Assembly (NCBI GenBank): GCA_028023455.1
Contig: JAQFVV010000005.1
Span: forward strand, 19,282,001-19,346,000
Direction: 5' to 3'
DNA: 64,000 bases
DNA from: Epiperipatus broadwayi
Taxonomy: Eukaryota; Animalia; Onychophora
The position numbers were made by a program, and so were the translations under genes. Under the pieces are notes generated by a model. It searched no databases, was not told the origin of the DNA, and saw only the letters and a list, made by a program, of their open reading frames with translations. Positions 25,001-38,078 of the stretch are shown one piece after another. The stretch's first letter is position 1. Every line of letters starts with the position of its first letter.

Positions 25001-28000
25001 GATAGTTGCTATATAAGGTAAATTCACCCATGAAGAGAGCCAAAAGCAGTATTCTCCCTGAGTTTGAATACTGAGGTGTAATGGAATCCGAAAGAGAGGT
25101 GAGTTATGGATGAACTAACCTAAATTGGGTTTGAATTTAATGTGTAAACTTAGAGCTAGCCCATTGGAGGTAGGTACAATCATTGGTTAGGTACTTCATC
25201 ATGGCATTAACAGCATCCTACCCGAAGACCCTATGTCCGATCATAGTGAGATGCATTCCCCCTCTTCTGGTGTAAAACCCAGACCATTACAGTATATACT
25301 AGCTGTACTTGCAGTTTTTCTCACATTATTAGACTAAATGAACATAATAATGTAATTGATAATTAAAATATATTTAAACAATATTTACATGAAATAATAA
25401 TACATGAATTATCAACAGCAAATAAAAATAAACTATTGTAATACATTTATATAAAAAGGATTGTAGGTCATTTTTAACTGCTGCTGATAAATTACGTATT
25501 ATTATTTAATGTAAATATTCTTTAAATATGTTTTCATTTTCAACTATATTAGATTTTTATTTTACTAATGCAGGCAAAGTCGACCTGCTAATTTCATCCG
25601 TTATTTAGAACAATAATAAAAGTATAAAAGAATATAATGCAATTGATTATTAAAATATATTTCTAATTTATATGTATAAGGAGAATGTATTCTAAGAAAT
25701 AAAAATCTCTTAATGTTTTATTGTGTAAATTTCATTTTTGACATATTGCATATCAAATAAAAATTTCACTCACTAATTTTCTTTATTTCTCTAGCTGTTT
25801 CATTGCTGTTATTAGGAAGTTTTGGTTATTAAAATATATTTACATATTCCACCTTCAAACTCTAACTGGACCCTTACATTAATAGAAAATTTGCTAATTA
25901 AAGTATAGTCATGCATTCCATTTTCAATTTTTGATGTATTGAATGCCAAATGAAATTTTTACTTGTTAATTCTCTCCATTTCACTAACTGTGTTTGATAA
26001 TTACATAATATTTACATGAGATCAATAGTTGTATTGTGGAAATATAAATTTTATTAAATAGAATAAACAATAATTTTAAAATAAATATTTTATATTTCTC
26101 ATGTGATAATTTTAATTTTGTTGTAATATATGCAAGTGAGAAATTAAATATATGTCCAGATAAAGTTTAAATGATTTAAAATATATTTATTTAATAAAAT
26201 TTTACCTAGATTACCAAAAACTAATATCTCTTCATTTCTCTAATATGAATTTCAATATGCAGGCTAACATCTTACTTTATCATGTGAGAAAATACTTAAA
26301 GCGTGACATTTTAAAATTGACTTTTTCACGTGTTAAATATGTTTAAACTGATATTCTATAAGTTTATCAATTTCATGGTAAAAGTTTATCAAATTCAGTA
26401 ATATTTCTCTTGCTGTACCGGTATCAAATTCAGTAGTGTTTCTCTTGCTGTACTGGTATCATTTTAAATTTTATTTTAATATATGCTAATTATATATTTA
26501 AGCTGAAATCCTAAAAGTTAACCAAAGCCATTTTATAATTGATCAAAATTGTCATTATTCAAATGAGAAATTAAATACGTAGTTATAAACACAATTTAAT
26601 TAATTTAAAATATATTTATAAAATTTTACTTTGCTTTACCAAAAACTATAATTTTCATTTTAAAAAATTTTCAACTCTGTGAGCTTTTAACCGGTGCTGC
26701 TCTCTTTTCGTTTTTTATGATGTCATTCAAAAATAATTACGATATAGATTTTCCATGCATTTTTATATTGCAAATACAAATTTTTAAAAATAGCAAAAAT
26801 TTATATGCTAGTAAAATCCTACATAAAAAAAGAAAAAAATTAATGCAAGATTCTTCAAGATTGATGTAAATAAAGTCACACAGACAAACAAATAAATTTT
26901 CATATTTATATTATATAAATTTGGAGTACATATTGAATGTGATATTAGCGTATATGTAAAATGCATAATATATGTATATTTTGAATAATAGGATATTATA
27001 AAGAGTCAATTTATGGGGGGATATAAGGTTTTAGTTGTATTGGTTATATGAAGAAGATTGCTGGTCAATCAAAACTATCAGATTAATTAAGTTAAATAAT
27101 ATAAGCATTGTTACAGTAATATGAATTTGTTTAATTATTCATAATTTTATCTATATAGAAGGATATAAGGTGAAAGGAAGAATATCATATTTCATTTCTA
27201 TTGTTTGATGATGTCCCAAAGATATTTTCTGAATCAAAACATTCATATAACAAGTTTTATTTAACTGATATGAAATTATTTTTACTCCACTGGCCCACTG
27301 ATGAGCGCTGGTTCTGCACAAAATACTTACATTGGAGATCATGTATCTTTTTCAGATGTGGGTGCCATGTTTATTGGTTGCTTGAGATAGAATGGAGGAT
27401 GAATAGATTGAAAATCCTGAGTTCAAATCACTCTAGTTCCACATACTTTTGTAACTTACAAATAATTTTAGAGACTTTAAAATGGCTGCCTTTTTTTCCA
27501 GGTAGATGTAATATAGAAGTGGGGAACCAACAAGTGAAATCACTTACTTAGATGTTGAATTCTTGATGTATCATTTCAAAAGCAATATCTAGTTTGTTTA
27601 CAATTTGTAGAATCACTGTTCTTTATTTTATTGCTGTGACCACCATAGAATAATTGAAAAGATATGGAACAAATTTGTTAAAGTATTTCACTTAAGTAAT
27701 TTCATTTGTCCACTAACTAACACTTCATCTATTTTCAAACAAACTAAAGTTACTTCATATAATAAAACCAAACTTGCTAACATTCTCAATTTATGTAAAT
27801 AACATTTTGGAAGATAGTGGATATAAATATTATTGCATTATCAAAAATGGACATTTCATATTTTAACCACAGTTATAATAAGAGCAATGTATTTTCATAG
27901 TCCTAGTAAAAGAGAGAAAATATTAGCCCAGAAATGAATATTTGTTACTGTGTTGCAATTATAATCTTCTTGATGATCTTTCAATTCCTTTCATTTTTAT

Positions 28001-28361
28001 AACAAGCAGTTGTTTGTTATCCAACTGTATTTACTATTAAAGATAAAATAAATGTTTTAATTGCAATTCTAATTAAAATTTAATTAAATACCTATATGAT
28101 AAATGTAATTGATTTTAATACAATAAATTACTTTAACATAATACTCCAAAAACTTGAGCTGAGTCAAGCCACTCTGAAAAGGTATTTTTAAACCAAATAT
28201 ATATATTCTAAATTAATAGCACTGAGTTAACTTTCGGTGACTTACTCGCCAAAATCGTAGTGCAAAAATTAATTAACTAACAGCACCAAGAAGGCTGAAT
28301 ATATAGTTTATAAAATATGCAAATTATTGCAAAGAAAAATGTAAATTATAAAAGTCAGACG

Positions 28362-28970
28362 TTTTTTTTTTTTTGACAAAGGGATGCAAGACTTTTTCTT
28401 GTTGATTGAATTCAGGTCTCTTGTAATAACCCGTGGCTCCTTGAATTTTCTCTTATGATCATCCCTCTCTGTGCAGATGATCTTAATAATAGAAGGGGAA
28501 AATGTGTCCTATAGCAAGCCTGTGCTCCAGGAAAATTGATTTAGATTGCCAGTCTTGTTTTGCCTTTTTATAAAGATAGGAGTGCTGGGCGATTCTCATA
28601 AATCTATTAGCTCAAGATTCTATGTAGTATGCTGCTTTTCACACTGGAATGGGCATCAGATTTTATAAACTATTTGAGGAGCATGTTCGAGTGGAGTTCT
28701 GTCATTAATATTGTTCAGAAGATTGTTAAGAGAGGGCGGTATTCTAAATGCTATTCAAGCATTGTCCGAGCAAATTTTCCAAAGCTTTGTTGATATGCTA
28801 GGAATAAATTAGTTTTAGAATGCAGGAAATTAACTAGAACTAAATAGATATTACTTATTACTCTTATTTTTTTTAAAACGAGTCTTCACGATCAATAGCT
28901 TAAATAAATCCTTTCCTTTTATGTTGATGTAATGTGCATTCATAGCAGAGCTTTAGACTACTGAAAAAAA
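28362..28970 (-). mobile_element. Penelope-like element 3' remnant (RT thumb/linker + GIY-YIG endonuclease)
   Basis: Manual minus-strand translation, with frameshifts: ILKLIYS*HINKAL; IAFRIPPSLNNLLNNINDRTP; QIVYKI*CPFQCEK; AYYIES*ANRFMRIAQH; SIFLEHRLAIGHIF; KIICTERDDHKRKFKE; NSIN. Ends in an A-run. Confidence 0.8.
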
Positions 28971-29099
28971 AAATATATTGGTAGAGCATTTATAAATTTC
29001 TCTTTTCTTTGACAATAATATACCATTTTAAAAATAGAATCCTGAGAACAGAGGCATATCTAAAAGTTTCAGAGTTAAATCCATGAGTTTGGAGTTAGC

Positions 29100-29700
29100 C
29101 TTATTTAAGTATTCACCCTGATATTTTCTGGGATTAAAATTTAATGTTATCATTGCATTCTGTTTTGTCATTGTCTTTTTTATTTTTTAATGTCACCTCT
29201 AGAATCTTCACTATATGATTATTCTTGATAGGCATTCATTTTTCTTCTTCATGCTGACAATTTTATTTTTCAGAAAATATAATAATACTTTGTTGAATAA
29301 CAAACAATAAGTCAAACCCCCAACTTAAATACAATGTAAGTCAAGAGCAACTGTCCCCTCTAGTACCATTTAGCATGATGAATTTGAGCAGTCAATGATC
29401 ATTAGATTTTATAAAATTACTGTCCTTAGTATTTAAATCCCCATACTGAAACTGTTTCTGGCTTTTGCTTTTATTTATGTGATCTGGGATTTAAAGCTGG
29501 AAGAAATGTATACCAAATTGGCTTAAGGTTCTGAACTCAAGTCAACCTTCACAAAGTCCAATGTCCCATTTTATATTAAACAATACTTCTTGCATTTCAT
29601 ACAATCTTTCTTTATTTTGAAATTGATCTCAGTTGTAGGTACTTAAATGAAAGGTTATCAGGAGATTCTTAGCATTCTCTGCCTTAAACTATCAACCATT
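29100..29700 (-). mobile_element. RTE-like LINE endonuclease N-terminal fragment
   Basis: Minus-strand translation STYN*DQFQNKERLYEMQEVLFNIKWDI-GLCE matches the start of RTE APE domains; otherwise decayed. Confidence 0.55.
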
Positions 29701-31118
29701 GACTTAGGCTGGTGACGTTATAATCTCCTGAGAATAAGGACTATAATTTTGTTTTGTCTGTCATATTGTAAATATTTATATATCTAAAAAAGATGTTTAC
29801 ACACACATTTTTACTGCCTTTAAGAAAATTCAATTGGCCAATGTTTTTTGATCTTAAACTTAGATATTAAAAGCCAGTAACTCACCCTGTCAAATGATGA
29901 ATTTTGGTAAGCAGCTTGTGTTCCTTTCCTATATGAATAAATAACATAATAATAGCAGCCACAATGATAAAAATGTATGGAGTGAACATATAGGAATTTA
30001 CGTGCTAGATTCTTTTAACCTCAAAGAGAAATTAAAGAAACTCCTTTCTGCAATTAAGTATTTATATGGAAAGAGATTCTTTTCTTATATGAGGTATTGC
30101 AAAAATTTAGAAATTATCATATGTAGTAGAATGGAATGAAATGAATTAGAATTTTTAACACAAGTGAAATAAATACAGTATTAAATTTCAAGGATTCTAT
30201 TAAATGTATAGATCTTCTGAGCGATCATTCAATTTTTAAAAGTTTTTATTATAGATTTTATATTTTAAAAAAGGAAGAAATATGCTTTTGTTAAAATTTG
30301 TAATATTTTTGAAGTACTATAACACATTTTAGCATAATTATTGAAGCTTATCATAAAATTTCATTTTTTTAAATTGACTTATTTATTGAAACTAAGTTAC
30401 GAAGAAAATTTAAATTCAAGTTTCTGGAGAGAGGCAGATTTTAATAAAAGGGTGTTTTTATCAAAAAATTACACATTTTATATCAAAATAGATTTACTCT
30501 TTACAATTCCAGTTCATTTTATATTTTTCTGAGTAAAAGGGAAAATTAAACATATTCTAATAATTTTTATGACAAAGCAAAACTGAAACAATATAAAGTA
30601 GTGGCTTATGTTGCTATAATGATTACATAATAACAGAGAACAAAATTTTAAGACTCGTAATTATATGCATTTATAAACTCTACATGTAGAGATAAGAATA
30701 AAAAAAACCTTTTCCCATGTAACCCTGCTCATTCACTTACCCTGTTTATAGAATGGCCCGGTTTTGAATCTTGGCTGTGGAATCGTGAAATATTTTTTAG
30801 GTTCTAATCAAGCTTGGGGATTTTCCTTTTAGATGATTTTCCATAAATAACTCAGTTAATTAATCTTGGTATTGGTTGGTGTGATGGATATCTAACTATT
30901 CTCATCTAGAAAGGAAAACAAATATAGAAAACCATTCAAGTCCTCATCCTGGCATTTACAAAACCTGGAGAGAAATGCTTTCACCTTTGTTCTTTTATAA
31001 AGAATTAATGAGCAGACCTTTGTCCATCAAAAGTTTTTATCAAATCAACCTTTCTTGCTGTCATGCCAAATGGGGAGGGGGAGTATCAATTTTTACCTTT
31101 GCTTGGTATCAGTACGTC

Positions 31119-31335
31119 ATTTATAACATATAATAACAACATATCATTTTTCTTACACTTTAAAGCAAAATATATTTATTTATTCTTTACAGTTTCGACT
31201 GTTCCTAACAGTCTTTATCAGATCTTCTACTTATATTTCCAAATTTCAATTAGGAACAGTCGAAACTGTAAAGAATAAATAAATATATTTTGGTTTAAAG
31301 TGTAAAAAGAGTGAAATGTTATTATATGTTATATA
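31119..31335. mobile_element. Second-family fold-back element with hammerhead-like core
   Basis: The left arm (-) core at 31188-31221 reads CUGAUAA A GACUG UUAGGAA CAGUC GAAA CUGUA. The right arm (+) starts at TAGGAACAGTCGAAACTGTAAAGAATAAATAAAT (31251). Confidence 0.7.
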
Positions 31336-33308
31336 AAAAAAGTAAAAATAAAGAAGGAAAGAGGAAGAGAAAGTATTGAAGATTATATTACAATACATTA
31401 TTTATGTAAATAAGCACCTATTTTTATATAGCGCATGTTTACAATTGTATTACATTCAAATATCAGCCTTTCAAGCTAATTGTGCATACGCTTTGCGAAT
31501 GTTAATAATAATAAATGAATACTTTCCTCTCCAATACAAGATATAGATGGTCATTTTGACTGATAGTATTTTTACAACAGAAATTTGATTGGTTCAAGAA
31601 CCATCTTATGGTTCTACTTAGAGCACAAAATTAAACTCTTTTCATTCGTCATCATTATTGATCATTGCAGGCTGAAGATTTCTAACAAATTTAATACAAT
31701 TTCTCAAATTATAGCTTTCTCATATTTTTTAATCATCCATTTATCTTAGACATGATCTCTTTGTTTTTTGCGATACAGTTTAAGACTTCAATTGTCCATC
31801 TATCATCATTTCATCTAGTAAAATATCAGTCTCTTAATTCTTCCAGTGATGACAAAGATACTTGTATGTTCTTTTATCCATGTTTTCCATTTCTACCTCA
31901 TCTTGATATTCTCAACTTATATCTCTCCATAATTAATCCATTATGTGATCTGAGGTCTCTGATATTGTTTGATTAAATCTCCAAATTTCAAGCCCAGATG
32001 TTAAAACTGGTAAGCACATCTATTTAAAACTTCAAACACATTGGCCATATTTCTTTTAATTTATGCATATCAAAAACACTTCATGTTTGTTTAATTCTAT
32101 GAATAATTTTATTATGTTTTCATATGTGTAATAATCTTATCATTTTACACACACACAGATATATTTCATTTTAAGATATTCCTATCAAAAGGACTCCATC
32201 TTTGTTTAATTTTATGAATAATTTTATTATGTTTTCAAATGTGTTAATAATCTGACAATATATATATTAATTAACTTCCAGTTCATTGTTATTGAACTAT
32301 ATTTTTTCAATTCATATTTATTTTTTATAACTTCTTTTAATTCTTATCTACTGCATTAAAACCACATTACAAATTCATATAATACTTGTTGCCACTTTTC
32401 TCCACAAACTTCTGGTTTGCACTTGACATTTGTTAAAATAAATACTGGAATTATGCTTGTTTCCATACCCTTAAACTATTAACCCACTCATTACTATATT
32501 TTCACATAAGTATCCATTTCTTACTTTCACTACTGCCACATAAATACATATTTTGTGCTTATCTCTTTTCTATATATATATCTGATTCATGCTTAATACC
32601 ATTCTTCCATGTAATGACTAATGGTAACCACTTGCCTCCATTTGATGTTTAATGGTACCCACATAAATGTCCAATCACTGATTCTCATCATTCACCGCAT
32701 ATTATTTTGTTTTGATAATCATTTGTAATCATTTCCTCACATTATTTTCTTACATGAACTTCTGATTAATATTTGTCACATGGATGTACCTGATTTATGC
32801 TTGTGCCTATTCTATGCAAACATGCAGTTGGTGCTTCTGACCAATGTTTTACATGGACATCAGATTGATGCAAATCATGCAAATATCGACTTGCTGTCCA
32901 TGCTTATGTCAATATCTCATTGGTGTGATTGTTATTTCATCGCATAAACACGGAGTTAATATTTATCGTCACTTCTCCCCATCTTAAAATTACTGCTAAC
33001 CAGTAGTGTCTCTTTCCACACTCTCAATCTAACATTCAAATAATAACTCATTACAGAAATACCTAACCCTCTTTAACTGGCACTTATCACTACATTACGA
33101 TGCACCATGCAATATATCCTCAGTCTCATATAAACAGAAATTTGCCACCGGACATCATTCCCTACATTAATGTTTGATTGGGGTTTGTCACTACTCCTTC
33201 ATGCAAATATTTAATTATCACCAATAACTCTCTTATACAATTACTGATTTTACTTTTATTATTGCACTAGTATAGGAATATCTAGTTAGCACTTGTCTTT
33301 ATTGAGAT

Positions 33309-35498
33309 CTGGAGTGGGCAAATAGCAGCTGGCAGGCCACATGAGGCCTGGTAAGAGTTTTTTGTGGCCTGCCAAGATAGTCCGAAAAATCTGCCTTGAA
33401 TCTAGATTTTCTTCCCATGCGTGACCGAAGATTCGTCTTGTATTTTCCATTAGGACAGCTACATCAATACGCGTGCGCTATGTATGTAGATACGATGCAC
33501 AGTGCTTTTCCGATTGATCTGGTTAATTTCAGTTTTGTCTTTGCAATAGTAAATATATAAATTTCCAACTTTAGTGAAACTATGAACCCTCCGAAAAACA
33601 TAAAATCAGTGATGAATATTGTGTGTTGAATGAAGAATGACCAAAAAATTTTTTCTTTGGTAACACAGGGAATAAAGCAGTGTGTTTATTGTGTCATGAA
33701 TGATATCTATACTTAAGGAGTACAATCCAAAATGACACCATGAAACAAAACAGCGAATTTGGCTGCAAACTTTCCAAGGAAGAATGCAAAATAAAAGCTG
33801 TGTAGTATGTGAAAAGGCTGAAGAAGCAACAAAAATTATTTACAAAGCAATCAACACTTCAAAGTAGCACTACAGAAGCAAGTTTCATGGTAGGCTATAA
33901 CCTTGCTAAACGCAAGAAGCCTTTTTCAGATGGCAAGTTTATTAAGCAGGGTATAGTAGAGTGTGCAAGTGTATTGTGTCCTGATGTGAGAAGCAAATTT
34001 GAAAGCATTTTATTGCAGTGCATTGACTCAATTAATGACGTTCTCACAGAACAGCTGAAGACTGTGAGCAAAGATTTTTCATTTTCTCTGACATTGGATG
34101 GGAGCACAGATAATGAAGACACTGCACAATTACTCATCTTTATGTATGGAATTAATGAAATTTTTGTTCACAGAGGAATTACTTAGCCTAGAATCAATGA
34201 AAGATAGAACCTCTGGTCATGAATTTCTTGAGTGTGCTGTGAATTGGATGGAGAAAAGTGATTTGTACTGGAACAAAATGGCAAGCATTACATCAGATAG
34301 GACCAGAACCTTTAGAGGAAAAAATGTAGGTATGGTTAAGCTTTTAAAAAACAAGTTACAAGCACAAGACACAGACAGTGATACCTTGTATTTTCATTGC
34401 ATTTTGCATCATGAGAGCCTTTGTAAAGCTGCACTGGACTTAAAGCATGTGGTAGATCCTATTGTTAGTGTGATAAATACAATCAGAGCAAGGGTACTCT
34501 ACCATTGAAAGTTCAAATCTTTTCTTGAGGATGTGGAAGCAGAGTCATGAAGACAATTTACCACAACAGTGTGAGATGGTTGAGCTTGGGTAAAATGATA
34601 AAAAGAGTCTGGGCATTGCAGAACGAAATCCTCTTATTTCTGGACATGAAGGAGATATCCCATGATTTCATTACAAAAGTAGGATGTAAGTAGTGGAGAT
34701 ATGAAATGTTGCAGCTGATGTATTATGAGAAATTGGATGAACTGGACGTGACATTGCAGGGAAAGGGGTTGTTTGCACACGAAATGGGGAAGCATGTAAA
34801 ATCATTCAAAGCAAAACTAGGTCTATTTGCAAGGCAAGCAGGTGAAGGCAATTTTTATCATTTCCCTTTATTAGGAAAGCAAAGTGCCTGAAAGTGTTCT
34901 GCTAAGATTAAGAATCATCTGCAGTTTGGAAGACGAGGTCACAAGAAGATTTCAGGACTTTTAAGAAAATTGAGCATAAATTTAATTTGCTCTCTTATTC
35001 CATCACTGCTGATATTGACATAGCACCTGAGAAGCTGCAGCTTGAACTTATTGACATGCAGTCAGATCACACTGTGAAAAAATATTTAATGCTGCAACAT
35101 TAGTTGACTTTTACAAATCTTTGTTGCTGAAAAATTTCCATGTATGAAGACATTTGCTGGGAAAATGTTCTCTATATTTGGGTCTACATATATTCGTGAG
35201 CAAAGTTTTTTTTTGCTTGAAAGATCAACAAGAATAAATATAGATGATCTTTGACAGACATTAACTGGCAGGCTGTGATAAGAATCTCAACAACCAATCT
35301 CACTTCTGACCTCATTAAACTGATTCTAAAATTAAATGTGCTTGCAGCTATAGATGATATGAAATTAGCACAATAAATAAATTGAATAAAACTGCCACTA
35401 TTTTATTTATATTAATGATTTTTATGGTACAATTTATATTTTTTTGAAAGGCAAAGTTAACTAATGACTGCAATCATTTTTAAAGGTGTGCCCCTCTG
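33309..35498 (+). mobile_element. Degenerate hAT (Charlie/SPIN-like, GTF2IRD2-type) DNA transposon
   Basis: Transposase fragments KRKKPFSDGKFIKQ, FSLTLDGSTDNEDTAQLLIF, HCILHHESLC and VRWLSLGK across broken ORFs 33809-34891. Left end CTGGAGTGGGCAAA resembles a hAT TIR. The right end is approximate and no TSD was seen. Confidence 0.88.
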
Positions 35499-35749
35499 CT
35501 TCCACAAAGTGATCCCCAAGCCAAAACAATTGTTTATTCCTGCACTAAATGATTCATTGTTACTTGCCACCACTCTGGTGCTTTTCAACATTTCTTCATT
35601 GGAATACCTGATTAACATTTGTCACCATATCAATATAATATCTGATGAGAGTTTGTCACAATCTGCAAATATATGTTTAGCATTTTCATTTACACAAGTC
35701 TTTTATGTAAATATCCATTTTTATACCTGTTATCATTTTGTAATATGAA

Positions 35750-37760
35750 TACTCATTTAAATCATATGTCCATTTTCCCACAAGAATACTCAGTTGATGC
35801 TGTTCATCACTCTTCACACTAATATTCTGTTAGTGCTTATTATCATTCTCAGTGCCAATACTTTGTGGGTGCTTGTCACCACTCTCATAGACAAACATCC
35901 ACTGGTACTTGTCAACACTCCTTCATGCAAATATTCTGTTAGTACTTGGCAGTACTCACTTCCCTGTGTGAATATTTAGCTGGCGATCATCACCATTCCT
36001 TCATGTGATCACTTTTTTATATGAATATCTGATTAGTGCTTTTCATCACTTCCCATGTGAATACCCAATTAGTGTTTATCATCCCTCTTATATGAATATC
36101 CAGTTAATGCCTATACTATTCCCCCATCCATCATCTTGATGATGTTTGTCACTCATTACTCTGCATGAAAACCCAATTGATGTTTGTCACTACTCCCTTA
36201 TGTGAATATCAGATTGATGCTTGTCTCCACTTTCACATGCAAATACAAGATGAATACTTGTCACTCTTCCTTTATGTGAATACCTGGTTATTGCCTATAA
36301 CTATTTCTCTGTGTGAATACTCGATTGATGCTTGTCACCATTTTTCCATGTCAATATCTGGTTCAGTTCATAATCACTTCCTCTGTGATTATTCTATTTG
36401 TGCTTATCACTACTCCCTTAAGAGTATTTGAATGATGCATGTTACCCCTCTTTCATGCACATATCAATTTGAAGTTTGCCACCATCACTGCTCCATAAGA
36501 ACATCCAGTTGTGCCCATAAGCACTCTCATGTGCTCATTGCCTGTTTGGCATATGAATACTCAGTTAGTATTTACCACAACTTATGCAGATATCCAGTTA
36601 TACCTGTCACCACTCTCTCATACAAATACCTGTTTGTTAATCGTCATGATTTCCTCACACAAATACTTCATTAGTACCTACCACTATCACTTCCCTTAGT
36701 AATGTGTTGCTAGTCCTCATGCAAATACCCATTTCCTTCATATGAATATTCAGTTGTTATTTGTTACCATTTCCAATGCAAATAACTCAGCTAGTGTTTG
36801 TCAACAAGCTCTTTACCAGTATTCAAGGTTAATACTTAATTCAAACTTCACTTCCCCATCTGAATTTCTAATTGGTAATTGTTACTACTTCCTCATATGA
36901 ATAACTGGGTGGTGCTTGTCATAACTGCATCTTACCTGGTTAGTGCTTGTCATCCTTTCCTACCTGAATATCCAATTGGTTTGTCTTCATTCCCATGTGT
37001 ATAACTCACCTACATGAATATCTAATTGTGCTCATCATTATTTTTATAATGAATACTTGGTTGGTGTTGGTCACCATTCCATCTCCTGAATATCTGATTG
37101 ATAATTTGTCAGTATTCCCTCATGCCAATACCGGGTTGTTTCTTGTTACCCCATCCACATAAATATCCAGTTAATGTTTACTATCATTTGATTGTTACCA
37201 TCCTTACCCCATGCTAATTCCCAGTTGGAATACATCCCCATTATTCCACCCAAATACCCAGGTGCTGATTATCACTTCACACAAATTTGCATTTTATGAT
37301 TGTCACCATTTTTATGCAAACACTCGCTCTGTGCTTATTACTACTCCTCTAATGTGAAACTCTTGGTTGTTATCTCTTTTTTATGTGAATACCTAATTAG
37401 TTGCTTGTCACCACTCGTGTAATATTCAGGTTTATCTTGCACCTTTCTCTTCACCATTTCTTATTTAATTTTCTGTTCATGCTTTTCATCATTCCCTCAT
37501 GCAGTAGCATGACATTGAGCTTATCACTACTCTTCATGAAAATATCCAGTTGGTATTCATTATTGTTCTATCATGCCAACATTGCATTTTACCTCTTGCA
37601 TGTGAATATCCAATTGTTGAATTATCACCATTGTTCCAAGTGATTACTCTCGACAACATTTTGTAATGGGAATATCCAGTTAGTACATTTCGCCAGTCTT
37701 ATTCTAAACATTTGTACATTTGTTATTACTTCATTATGCAACTGTGTGATTAGTATTTAT
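35750..37760. repeat. Degenerate ~37-bp minisatellite (also ~32600-33300)
   Basis: Recurring TGTGAATAYCCAGTTAGTGCTTGTCACCACT.CCTCA-like units. The spurious ORF 36165-36431 repeats CEYxIDACxHF after 37 aa (3 x 37 nt). Confidence 0.75.
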
Positions 37761-37770
37761 TGGAATCGGT

Positions 37771-38078
37771 AGCAAACTTTCTCTATAATAATGCAAACCA
37801 TTGCAAGTCTTAGTAATCAATGAATGCAAGAAGGTTTGTGTATAAAATTCCTATCTAGTGCCTAATCATCCAATATCCTCCGACTAGTTTTTAGTTTGTA
37901 AGGAACCACAGGCCAAAAACTAGTCTGGGGATATTGGATGAGTAGGCACTAGATAGGAATTTTATGCACAAACCTCCTTGCATCTATATGATTTGTACTG
38001 AATGACTATTGTGATGTAGGATTTGCTATTGTTTTAACAACTTGCGTAAGCATAGGAAGTGGTGATCATGTGATGTTT
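37771..38078. mobile_element. Fold-back derivative of the retrozyme-like repeat
   Basis: The + arm runs to GACTAGTTTTTAGTTTGT (~37900), then switches to CCACAGGCCAAAAACTAGTCTGGGG and ends at GATCATGTGATGTTTT. Confidence 0.8.

Noticed and set aside
27305-27345. CTGATGA GCGC TGGTTCT GCAC AAAA: hammerhead-like core
   Set aside because: GAAA is AAAA, stem II has a mismatch, and no consistent stem III, UH triplet or stem I can be drawn. At best a dead relic.
36165-36699. Cys/His-rich ORFs suggesting a metal-binding repeat protein
   Set aside because: Explained by a 37-nt (non-triplet) minisatellite; no splice signals and no stable frame.
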